From a virus (lineage: Duplodnaviria > Caudoviricetes): a DNA stretch of 34,118 nt. This document shows, piece after piece, positions 25,957-33,943 of the stretch; the first letter of the stretch is position 1, and every line of letters starts with the position of its first letter. Position numbers and translations under genes: made by a program. Under the pieces are notes generated by a model. The model saw only the letters and a program-made list of their open reading frames with translations, was not told the origin of the DNA and searched no databases. The stretch covers positions 1-34,118 of the IMG/VR virus record IMGVR_UViG_3300044742_000141, one strand, 5' to 3'.

Positions 25957-27486
25957 TTACGAGACCCAATCCCGCTTCGCGGGCATTGATCCTTTAGATA
26001 ATGGGCGCATCACATTACGCATCTTCTCGAATCTATCAAATGCCATCAAACTTCTCTGAGGAATTTCACGCCGCTTATTTTTCAGCCCACGCGAGTGCAT
26101 CGCAACAAAGTAACGAATTGGATCATATGCGTGATCTGTGATACTTGTATCTCGATCATCCGCATATATAATTCTTCCGTTATCTGAGCCAAGCTCCTCA
26201 CGTCGCTGGGCCAACAATTGATCGATGGCGTTATAACACCCAAAGTTGTGGTCGCTTCGCTTCTTGATAAAGTAGAGTCCTGGAGCGTGTCGCTCACCCG
26301 TGACCGGGTGGGTAAATTCATCACTTTTATTTAGAAGCTCGTTGATTCTATTTCTCGTGGCGTATTCGTTGTTGTCGGCCGCTTCCCAATAAATTGGGGA
26401 AGCTTTGATGTCTAGAGTAAGATATTCATCCGCCACCGTCCAAAAAGCCCCGTTCTTTTGAGTGGATTTCTTGAAGATAGATGGATCGGCGTAATTCCCT
26501 GCGTAATTCTCATCTCTGGAGAGATCAGATATATTTCTCCTGTGATCTCCGATGAGTGTATTTGGAGCGTAATATTCACGGTAGAAAATGTAGACGCCAC
26601 GGAAGTGAGCAACCCACAAACAACATGAAGGTGATGCTTCACCATGATCGAATGACCTGTAAAGGATTCCTTCACGTAAGACCATCTTCATAAAATCATA
26701 CATCTCTTCCGCTGGAAGATCAATTATAGAAGAGTTATCCATGTAATGAAGTTGGGCTGAAGACGCTCCCCATTGACCTTCAAAGTATTTTGCGACCCAC
26801 TCGGGATCTCGCTTTAGCATATTCTCAATGGTTTTGGGGTCATTGAGAGCGGCCACCGTTTTAGCATGAATCCATCCGTAATCAGGATCTCTCATTGGAG
26901 ATTCAGGATGGAACTTCTTATAGATCCAATGGAATTTCGTATCAGGATTGCACAAGATGTCAAAGAAGTTCGGGACTTTATCATTACCCCTCTCTTCTTT
27001 AGGCCAATCATTACCTAATCCACTCTGTTCCTTAATGTAATCTGGAACCTGAGCTTGGTCCCATCTACCGATACGTGAATCTAATACATAAAATGTTGCT
27101 TCACGAGTCTCTTCAGCTTGATCTAAGAGAGCTGAATTTATCTCCAATCCCCTTAGGGATTGTTCGTTGAATGCGTCCAGATGCTTCCAAAGGATCATCG
27201 AACCATTTTTAAGAGTTGTGATGCCCTTCTCAATGTTATGGGCTTCTACGAACTCTTCAGGACATATCTTGAAGAATGTCCTCATGGTGGTTTCGCGAAG
27301 ATCCGTAAATTTCTCTCTTCCGATGAGACTTCTGTAATTCGGGTAAGAAGCGAGCATCATGAATTGTCGTGCGCATCCAATCCACGATTTTCCGTTTCCA
27401 AATCCTCCAGAGAAGCAATTATTACGTGCTTTTGAGTAGAAGAACTTCTCCTGCTCTTTGGTTTTGAATTCGAAGTTTAGGTCCAT
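25957..27486 (-). CDS. terL: terminase large subunit (509 aa)
   Basis: Q motif, Walker A SGGFGNGKS, LRG, Walker B-like LLDQAEE, SRIGR, CNP..HWIY, nuclease FDHGEASP, YADPS, DHAYDPIRY. Confidence 0.93.
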   Translation of the reverse strand: MDLNFEFKTKEQEKFFYSKARNNCFSGGFGNGKSWIGCARQFMMLASYPNYRSLIGREKFTDLRETTMRTFFKICPEEFVEAHNIEKGITTLKNGSMILWKHLDAFNEQSLRGLEINSALLDQAEETREATFYVLDSRIGRWDQAQVPDYIKEQSGLGNDWPKEERGNDKVPNFFDILCNPDTKFHWIYKKFHPESPMRDPDYGWIHAKTVAALNDPKTIENMLKRDPEWVAKYFEGQWGASSAQLHYMDNSSIIDLPAEEMYDFMKMVLREGILYRSFDHGEASPSCCLWVAHFRGVYIFYREYYAPNTLIGDHRRNISDLSRDENYAGNYADPSIFKKSTQKNGAFWTVADEYLTLDIKASPIYWEAADNNEYATRNRINELLNKSDEFTHPVTGERHAPGLYFIKKRSDHNFGCYNAIDQLLAQRREELGSDNGRIIYADDRDTSITDHAYDPIRYFVAMHSRGLKNKRREIPQRSLMAFDRFEKMRNVMRPLSKGSMPAKRDWVS

Positions 27487-28049
27487 CGCTTCGCTGAACT
27501 CTCTAAAATCTTAAGTTGGCCGCCTTCGGCAGGTTTCTTACTTTTATTCTTCCCGAAGGGGAGTGGGCTGCGCTTCGCGCCGACTCTACTTTTCAATTTA
27601 GGTTTATTCAAAGATCTTGTCTGGTGCCGTCGCTAAGATTTGTGCAGAGAGGAACCGTTGGCGCGGCCAGCACTATAATTCTGATTTTCCCGCATAGCGG
27701 GTTCTGATTCTCCCGAAAAGCGAGTTCTGATTCTATTTCTTTACTCTGTTCTCCCCGAAGGGGAGTTGGCCGGCTGCGCCGGTTACTTACTTTTTATAAT
27801 TAAGAGTGGGCCGGCTGCGCCGGGTTCATTTACTCATCCAGCGGCTGCGCCGGGTTTTTACTTTCATGTTGGAGTGTAGGCCGCGCACGCCCAGGAGGTT
27901 AGGACTAGCACACGCGGCCACCACCACACTAGTTACCACAGAAAATAACTAGTGATTAATCCCATCGAGCAGAACCCAACTACTCAACGAGAAATTTAAA
28001 CTCTTTTAGCCCCAAAGGGGCTTAAACTCTTTTAGCCCCGAAGGAGCTA
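27487..28049. repeat. non-coding cluster of short hairpins and direct repeats upstream of terL
   Basis: CGGCTGCGCCG x3 (27771, 27812, 27842); CCCGAAGGGGAGT x2 (27552, 27754); TTAAACTCTTTTAGCCCC x2 (27996, 28022); T-rich spacers. Confidence 0.8.
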
Positions 28050-28298
28050 TTCCACTTCACCGTGCTCATTCTCTTCGTAAAATCCCTTTTCCTTCTTAAT
28101 TCTTTCTTGGTACTCAAGATCTACGATGAGTGGATTTACGAGGACGAATCTAATTCCCATTGCTTTGCAATGTTCGCGTGCTCTATCCATTGCGCCTTTC
28201 AGGTTACCATTGAAAGGAAAGTTCTTAGATTTCATTACCGCGCCTTGACGATAATGAAGTGTGAAAATTCTATTCGGAATTTGTGTTTGCGTTTCCAT
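28047..28298 (-). CDS. hypothetical protein (83 aa)
   Basis: Co-oriented ORF 13 bp behind the TerS candidate. Confidence 0.6.
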   Translation of the reverse strand: METQTQIPNRIFTLHYRQGAVMKSKNFPFNGNLKGAMDRAREHCKAMGIRFVLVNPLIVDLEYQERIKKEKGFYEENEHGEVE

Positions 28299-28311
28299 AT
28301 TATTTAAAGAA

Positions 28312-28773
28312 CTAATCAGGAATTAATATATCGAATGCATTCTTTTTACTCCCACCGGAGGTGTGGGCCATGATGTTGATGTTCACGACAGGCTGTGGAA
28401 GTGGAGTTTCGTCACGTCCTGAGACGTTGTTAGCGAGGATTTTAGTTGCAAATTCAATGGCTTTCATCTTAATAACTGGATCACTATTTCTAATGATCTC
28501 ATTTACTTCCATTGCGATAAATGCAAAGCTGAGTCCTTGATCTTCAAAAGCGCGTCTTGCGGCTTCAGCAGGAGTTACTTCATCACCATCTGTTCTATCA
28601 ATTAGAACTAGTTCACGTTTTGGGAGAATTGATGCTTCACGAAGTGCGCGTGTAGCAGGATCTTCAAGTTTGCGCTTAATTACAGGCTTTGGAGTTTCTC
28701 GCTCGATCTTAGCAATTGCAGATTTATGCTTTTCAAGTATCTCGTTGGCCGCGCTGGGGGGTTTCAGGATCAT
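28312..28773 (-). CDS. terminase small subunit candidate (153 aa)
   Basis: First gene of the late block; AGGAGG RBS; helical core with IKMKAIEFATKIL and C-terminal VVNINIM strand, a pattern common in TerS. Confidence 0.45.
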   Translation of the reverse strand: MILKPPSAANEILEKHKSAIAKIERETPKPVIKRKLEDPATRALREASILPKRELVLIDRTDGDEVTPAEAARRAFEDQGLSFAFIAMEVNEIIRNSDPVIKMKAIEFATKILANNVSGRDETPLPQPVVNINIMAHTSGGSKKNAFDILIPD

Positions 28774-29156
28774 TACTTCCTCCTGTGTTATTTATAGCAT
28801 CCATGAAATGCTTCAATGGATTATTTATGAGGCGTTCGAGTTCTCGTTCCGCTTCGCGGATTTCATTATTTTCGTGTGATGTCATTTTGTAAAAATGGTG
28901 GCCGCGTTCGGTGGTCGGAGCCGGGCGCGGCCCACGCTACGCGGTACATCGTGAATGGCTCACACGAAGTGGCGTTGTCTCGCAAGCCCGTTTTGAGACT
29001 CCGCGTAGGCGTTGAAGCGAGTATAGCAGTGATTCCGTGAAGCGTCAAACCTAGATCTCCCATGAAATGAGTTGGTTGGGGACTTTCTGTTACCTTACAC
29101 TCCGTGCAGGTGTCATGCATCTTCCCGCGAAGCGTCACTCGACCCTGTAGTGAGCG

Positions 29157-29630
29157 TATATATAAGGATACGAGTTCCCGCAGGGGGAGTTCCCGCAGGG
29201 GCGAGGAGCGGCCACCACACCAGATTTTATTTTTTATTTTTTATTTTCATATTTGATTTTTATTTTTTATTTGCTTTGCGTTTACTCTTTTCCGCCGAAG
29301 GCGGGGTCAATTTTTAGGGGGGTCGCTACATTTTTAGGGGGGTCACTACATAAGTATAAAGTACATTTTTCTTTAAAGTACATTTTTCTTTAGGGGGGCT
29401 ACTACATAATTATAAAGTACACGCGGGGTGCGGGTTGGGGAGTCGGGTGGGGCCGCAAAGTCCTTTAAAACACAAAGTACTTCATAACACAAAGCACTTT
29501 AAACCGCAAACTAACAGTTAGCTAAGGTGAATCACATAAATAAATATCATCACAAAGCACTATACTATAAACTATAAACTAAAATCATAGCAAAGCACTA
29601 CATCATACAAAGTAAACACAGTCAACATTA
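29157..29630. repeat. tandem-repeat, strand-skewed non-coding region at the divergence point (origin, packaging or control region candidate)
   Basis: 15-bp tandem at 29172/29187, T-tract 29224-29291, 20-bp tandem at 29311/29331, 17-bp tandem at 29357/29374, CAAAG(C/T)ACT x4 in an A/C-rich tract. Confidence 0.75.
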
Positions 29631-29980
29631 GAACATTGGATAACGCAATGGCCCAAATATAAGTGTAAGCGCGTACATCAATAGAAGTAACGCTGATATT
29701 CACAAGTTGTGGAAATAAGTAAAATCATTATAGTAGCAAAACTGAATTTGGTACAGGATCTCCCAAGTCAAAATAAAGGCAGTGTCGGACGTTGGAAAAA
29801 ACAAACGCGCCTGAGCGATTCTAGAGCGAGTGCGGCCCATTTTAAATTCGGGCCGCTCTCCGGTTTTCCCGCGCTGTGCATATATAGAGGATACGAGAAT
29901 CCCATGCGAACTTTGTATACTAAAGTGCTTTTAGATTTTAGATTAACCCCCAGTAATGTTAAGTTTCTTTAATTAACGAC

Positions 29981-30007
29981 TTGACAGACGCACAGTCATC
30001 CCATAAT
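29981..30007 (+). promoter_or_regulatory. possible sigma70-type promoter
   Basis: TTGACA (29981) and CATAAT (30002), but the spacer is only 15 bp; AT-rich upstream; precedes the rightward gene block. Confidence 0.35.
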
Positions 30008-30047
30008 GGAATGTCCGACAAATCTAAACAGAAACGAGACTAAACGT

Positions 30048-30218
30048 ATGAAAACCTTTACTTCAATCATCGAATTCGAACGCGCCAATGTTCTAACCGA
30101 AACCGTATGTTCTTTCCGCTTGCACAATGGCGAAACCGTAACGGTCACCACATTCGGAACCCTGGGCCTGATAGATATCACTAGCCCTTCCAACTACATC
30201 ACTAATTTGTACCGATAG
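30048..30218 (+). CDS. small hypothetical protein (probable start MKTF, 56 aa)
   Basis: Part of track ORF 30006..30218; the second ATG is preferred because the first overlaps the putative -10 box. Confidence 0.4.
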   Translation: MKTFTSIIEFERANVLTETVCSFRLHNGETVTVTTFGTLGLIDITSPSNYITNLYR

Positions 30219-30293
30219 TTCTTTCAGGCCGCTCCGCGACGTGTAGAGCGGCCAACAAAGCACTATCCAAACCAAACCAAACCAGGAAACTAA

Positions 30294-31670
30294 ATGCCAT
30301 ATCTAAACCCAGACACAACCTTCGACCCGTCAGTTGTTCCGATCACAGCAAACGCACATTGCCCAAACTGCAACCGGATCATCCCACGAGGAGCCTTCAA
30401 TTGGAGCTACAGTCCGACAAAAGAACGACGAGGAAAATATTCGGGTTCCTTCATGCCTCTAGTTCCACACGTTTGGCGCTGCTACAATTGCGCGCACCCT
30501 ACAACTGCACGCCGAGATGAGATTCCCGAAGGTAAGAACGCACCCTACACCTACACGCCTAACACGCCTAACACGCCTAACGGCGCACAGAACCCCCAGG
30601 ACGCAAACGCAACTCCGAAACCCAAATGGGAACCATCTTGGAATCAGAAAGAAGCTGAAGAACCCAAACCAACTCCGACTCCGAAACCTGTAGACGTTCC
30701 TTCAAAGGAAAACGCAGACAAACTTGGAATCGCAGAAAAAGAACCAGAAGCACCCCCGATAATTCCAGTCAAAGCGGCCAAGCAAATAATGATCGAGCAT
30801 TTCCAAGTACCCGCATTGGAACGACTCATCGAATTCCGTCTCGATCCGCGTTGCAGAAAACGCGATATAAATATCTATCTCGGCGGTGCACCCGGCGCAG
30901 GCAAGTCATACGCGATTAAACATCTTGCCAAGCGCCTACGTGCACACAACGGCTCGATAGGCCTGGAGTATTGCTTCATTGCTCTCAGCGACGCCACGAT
31001 GCCCAGTGCCATCTTTGGATTCCAGCAGAAAGATGGAGACTTCGTTCCGACCCCTTTCTACCACATTTACAAAAACGGTGGCGTGATCGACATTGCAGAG
31101 TTGGACAACACAAATGCCAGCGTATTCACGCAACTTAATAATGCCCTAGATAACGGATCTTACTTCTTTCCAGGTCGAAACAAAGATGAGGCATTTCATG
31201 AAGTAACCAGACACCCTGATTGCATCGTGATAGGCAACGGAAACACTTTCCTTCGCGGCCCTTCGGGAATGTTCCCTGGCCGTCAACGTCAAGATGCTGC
31301 AGCCATCGAAAGATTCAAGTTCATCAACTGGAAGTACGATAATAATCTCGAAACCTTCCTCGTGACTCACACAAAGGCCCAAATTGATCAAGCCGTCGCT
31401 TCATACGCCCCCACGCCGATTAGCTTCCCAGAAGTCAACTACAACGCGCCACGCATAGTCCAATGGCTTCAGACGCTACGCGACAAATGCACAACGGGAG
31501 ATTCAGCAAATCCCACTGGATACGAGCTAGTAGTTTCCCCCCGTGGAACGTACAACCTTTTTGACTGCTTAGACGCGGGATTCTCGCTCACTGAATCGCT
31601 CGATATGTGTATCTGGAAAGAATACGAAAAGAAGTCTACACTCCTAACGATTCTACCGCTCAACATCTAA
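30294..31670 (+). CDS. MoxR/CobS/CbbQ-type AAA+ ATPase with N-terminal Zn-ribbon and Pro-rich linker (458 aa)
   Basis: Walker A GAPGAGKS, TPFY...KNGG, Walker B-like VIDIAELD, LNNALDNG, RHPD, GNGNT, QDAAAIERF, VSPR; CPNC...CYNC. Confidence 0.85.
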   Translation: MPYLNPDTTFDPSVVPITANAHCPNCNRIIPRGAFNWSYSPTKERRGKYSGSFMPLVPHVWRCYNCAHPTTARRDEIPEGKNAPYTYTPNTPNTPNGAQNPQDANATPKPKWEPSWNQKEAEEPKPTPTPKPVDVPSKENADKLGIAEKEPEAPPIIPVKAAKQIMIEHFQVPALERLIEFRLDPRCRKRDINIYLGGAPGAGKSYAIKHLAKRLRAHNGSIGLEYCFIALSDATMPSAIFGFQQKDGDFVPTPFYHIYKNGGVIDIAELDNTNASVFTQLNNALDNGSYFFPGRNKDEAFHEVTRHPDCIVIGNGNTFLRGPSGMFPGRQRQDAAAIERFKFINWKYDNNLETFLVTHTKAQIDQAVASYAPTPISFPEVNYNAPRIVQWLQTLRDKCTTGDSANPTGYELVVSPRGTYNLFDCLDAGFSLTESLDMCIWKEYEKKSTLLTILPLNI

Positions 31671-31680
31671 GGAAAACCAA

Positions 31681-32490
31681 ATGAACTACTCATTCAAAGT
31701 TCCGCACCCCTTGCGCCCATCACGCCCGAAATCTTGCATCGTGACGTGGCTTTCACTAGAAGCGTATCTCACGGACTGCGAACAAGCCTACAAGACACTC
31801 CCGTACGAAATAAAGCACAAGGCTCCTAACACCAAACGCATGAGAGAACCAGATCCGTCAATTCTCTCTCAGATTCAGGCATTCCAAACGAAGTTCGACC
31901 ACTCAAAGTTCATCAACTCACGTAAGAGAGTCTATGATGTAGCAGGCGGCACGTTGGACATTCCAATGATGCTCTCAGGCATTCCAGAACACTTCTGTTC
32001 GATCCAGTACTTGCGTGGCCGAAACATCAAGCTGGTGTTTAGCCCAGAAGTTCACCAGACCACCACTACCGAAATAATGCGTGGCGCGGCCATCCTTTCG
32101 CTTTGTTCTTCTCTTGAGGCTCGTGGAAACAAGGTAGAGATTTGGCTAGGATGGGACAACACAGTGGCCGGGGATCGTTACGAGTCACGCATCTTAGTAA
32201 AGAAGCCAAGTGAACTTCTAAACCTAGCGTCTCTTGCCGCGACATTCTGCGACAAAGACTTTCTCACCACCTGTGAGTACAATTTGATCTCACACTTCCT
32301 GAAAACCAAATCAGTGGGGGGCAATTCTGGAATCACACTCAAAGGCGATATCACGCTAACCGGATCGTACGATGATATGCACCATTTCGACACTGAAGAG
32401 AAATGTCTCGCATGGATCGAAAAGATCAAAACACAAGTCGCTTCAGGCGTCGGAACACTTCAACAAGGCAAATCAGAATACAAAGGATAG
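31681..32490 (+). CDS. vWA-like partner of the AAA+ ATPase (269 aa)
   Basis: YDVAGGTLDIPMMLSGIPEHF, RGAAILSLCSSLEARGNKVEIW, ILVKK; directly behind a MoxR-type ATPase; MIDAS not recognisable. Confidence 0.6.
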   Translation: MNYSFKVPHPLRPSRPKSCIVTWLSLEAYLTDCEQAYKTLPYEIKHKAPNTKRMREPDPSILSQIQAFQTKFDHSKFINSRKRVYDVAGGTLDIPMMLSGIPEHFCSIQYLRGRNIKLVFSPEVHQTTTTEIMRGAAILSLCSSLEARGNKVEIWLGWDNTVAGDRYESRILVKKPSELLNLASLAATFCDKDFLTTCEYNLISHFLKTKSVGGNSGITLKGDITLTGSYDDMHHFDTEEKCLAWIEKIKTQVASGVGTLQQGKSEYKG

Positions 32491-32493
32491 ATC

Positions 32494-32655
32494 ATGAACA
32501 CACAGAACACTCCCGAATACGTCTGCTACACTTGCGGATTCCCATCTACTAGGCCTGAATGTGAATCCTGTGCTCTCGCTACGCTCGCGGAACAAATCAC
32601 GTCAGACCCGCGCGAGCTATACGAAACTGAAGAACGGGAAGAACTAGAATTTTAA
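32494..32655 (+). CDS. small Zn-finger protein (53 aa), absent from the ORF track
   Basis: Hand translation MNTQNTPEYVCYTCGFPSTRPECESCALATLAEQITSDPRELYETEEREELEF; CxxC-x8-CxxC; AAGGA RBS. Confidence 0.65.
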   Translation: MNTQNTPEYVCYTCGFPSTRPECESCALATLAEQITSDPRELYETEEREELEF

Positions 32656-32680
32656 ATCCCTTCGGGGATTTTCCTTTGTT
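32654..32680 (+). terminator. intrinsic terminator of the AAA+ operon
   Basis: AAATCCC-TTCG-GGGATTT (cUUCGg loop) followed by TCCTTTGTT, right at the stop codon. Confidence 0.6.
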
Positions 32681-33045
32681 CAATTTAAATACACTCCGTA
32701 TCGTTTTTCTTGTGCTAATTCTAAACGCTCGCTACGCTCACAGAACTAACTTTAAATCGCTCACACTTGCCCTGAGACGCGTCAACTCATCTTCCAGGTA
32801 TCCCCACACGTCCGAATTTTCTGACTCGCTACGCGCAAAACCACAACGTCTAGTATTTTTAATTCTAAAATAAAAAACTCTCCCAGCTTCGCTGGTGAGC
32901 GAGAGCCGAGAGAGTATTTAGTTTTAGTTTATGAATCTGATTTATGAATCCGGCTTCGCCGGAAAAATGCGGCTTCGCCGGAAGAATCAAGTGGGGAAGC
33001 TAGACTAATTATCGTCGCGCCTTCGACGAACTCGCCTTCGGCGAA

Positions 33046-33519
33046 CTAATTATCGTCGTCTCCTTCGTCATCGTCATCGTCATCTACCGCACTCGTCGCT
33101 TTTAGCGACTCGAGGATGAAAGGCATGGTGAGAAACGCATCAAGGATCGCACGCGTCTGTTTTACCTTCGACTCACGAGTGGGCTTTCCGTTAGGCCCAG
33201 TCTCCAACATCGCAGAGAAAGGCAACACTTGACGAAACCCGGCGGCTAACTTCAGAACCGCAGTCTTTGACGCGCCTTCGGAAACTACCTTCTTACGCTC
33301 CTGGGCCAACGTCAATTTACGAAGCCGATCATTGATCGCGCCCAAAAGCAACTTCTCATCAGCGAGTCGCGCTGAACCTTCCTCAACACTCGCGGCAGGC
33401 GTGAAATCCGCCGTGACCTCTTTAGTCTTCTGAGTCAAATTGCTCAGATCAAAATACTTGTAAACCTTCGTCAACTTTTCAACTCCGCCGGTGGCGGGAG
33501 TCGTGCTAGTAGCAGCCAT
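33046..33519 (-). CDS. hypothetical protein with basic body and poly-Asp C-terminal tail (157 aa)
   Basis: AAGGA RBS; ends VDDDDDDEGDDDN; own promoter upstream. Confidence 0.8.
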   Translation of the reverse strand: MAATSTTPATGGVEKLTKVYKYFDLSNLTQKTKEVTADFTPAASVEEGSARLADEKLLLGAINDRLRKLTLAQERKKVVSEGASKTAVLKLAAGFRQVLPFSAMLETGPNGKPTRESKVKQTRAILDAFLTMPFILESLKATSAVDDDDDDEGDDDN

Positions 33520-33571
33520 CTTATCCTTCTTTCTAGATGCTCTTTCGAGCGGTGAATTTGCTTACATCCCG

Positions 33572-33600
33572 ATCTTACACGGCTTCGCCGGAAAATGCAA
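33572..33600 (-). promoter_or_regulatory. sigma70-type promoter for the 157-aa gene
   Basis: Minus strand TTGCAT-17 bp-TAAGAT, about 50 bp upstream of the ATG; the spacer holds the palindrome CGGCGAAGCCG. Confidence 0.6.
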
Positions 33601-33802
33601 GGTCCCCAGGGAAGTATTTCTAACTTTTTTAACCGCTTGCTCCGCTCGCTGATCGAAACTAAAACCCGTCCCCAACACTAAACCAGGCTCCAACTTTTAA
33701 AAATCAAAAGTACTAAATCGATTTACCTGGTGCTACTTTTACAGCATACCTATGATTCTAAAGGACTTCCTCCTAACCCCATGAGCACGTTGGGGTTAGC
33801 GA

Positions 33803-33836
33803 GTTTTCCACAGAATTTTTGAGGCCTGTGGAAAAC
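33803..33836. promoter_or_regulatory. inverted pair of DnaA-box consensus matches
   Basis: TTTTCCACA (33804-33812) and TGTGGAAAA (33827-33835) both match TTWTNCACA; part of an 11-bp perfect inverted repeat. Confidence 0.4.
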
Positions 33837-33943
33837 AGGGGGTAACTCCGAGTATCCCCTGGCCGCGCCAGCCCCGTGGCGGCCCCTCCTGGCCCCCGCA
33901 CGGCCTATCCCACGCATCATATATAGAAGACAAAATCACAAAT

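Noticed and set aside
4588-27435. Numerous short antisense or alternate-frame ORFs in the track (e.g. 4588..4854, 6259..6558, 16862..17206, 21405..22004)
   Set aside because: They are shadows of well-supported long genes, with no RBS or recognisable motifs
27770-27855. Three CGGCTGCGCCG repeats with spacers as a mini-CRISPR array
   Set aside because: The repeat is only 11-13 bp, periods are unequal (41 and 30 bp), spacers are low-complexity, and there are no cas genes
28866-29972. ORFs 28866..29138, 29072..29317 and 29709..29972 in the divergence region
   Set aside because: They run through repeats, hairpins and T-tracts, with no convincing RBS or protein-like composition
4461-33519. Genome-wide TAG recoding (genetic code 15)
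   Set aside because: Long genes are intact under code 11, and several TAG stops are followed by out-of-frame genes with their own RBS (6632, 15590, 17390, 28312). In-frame cases at 24148 and 32490 have separate SD sites and fit chance
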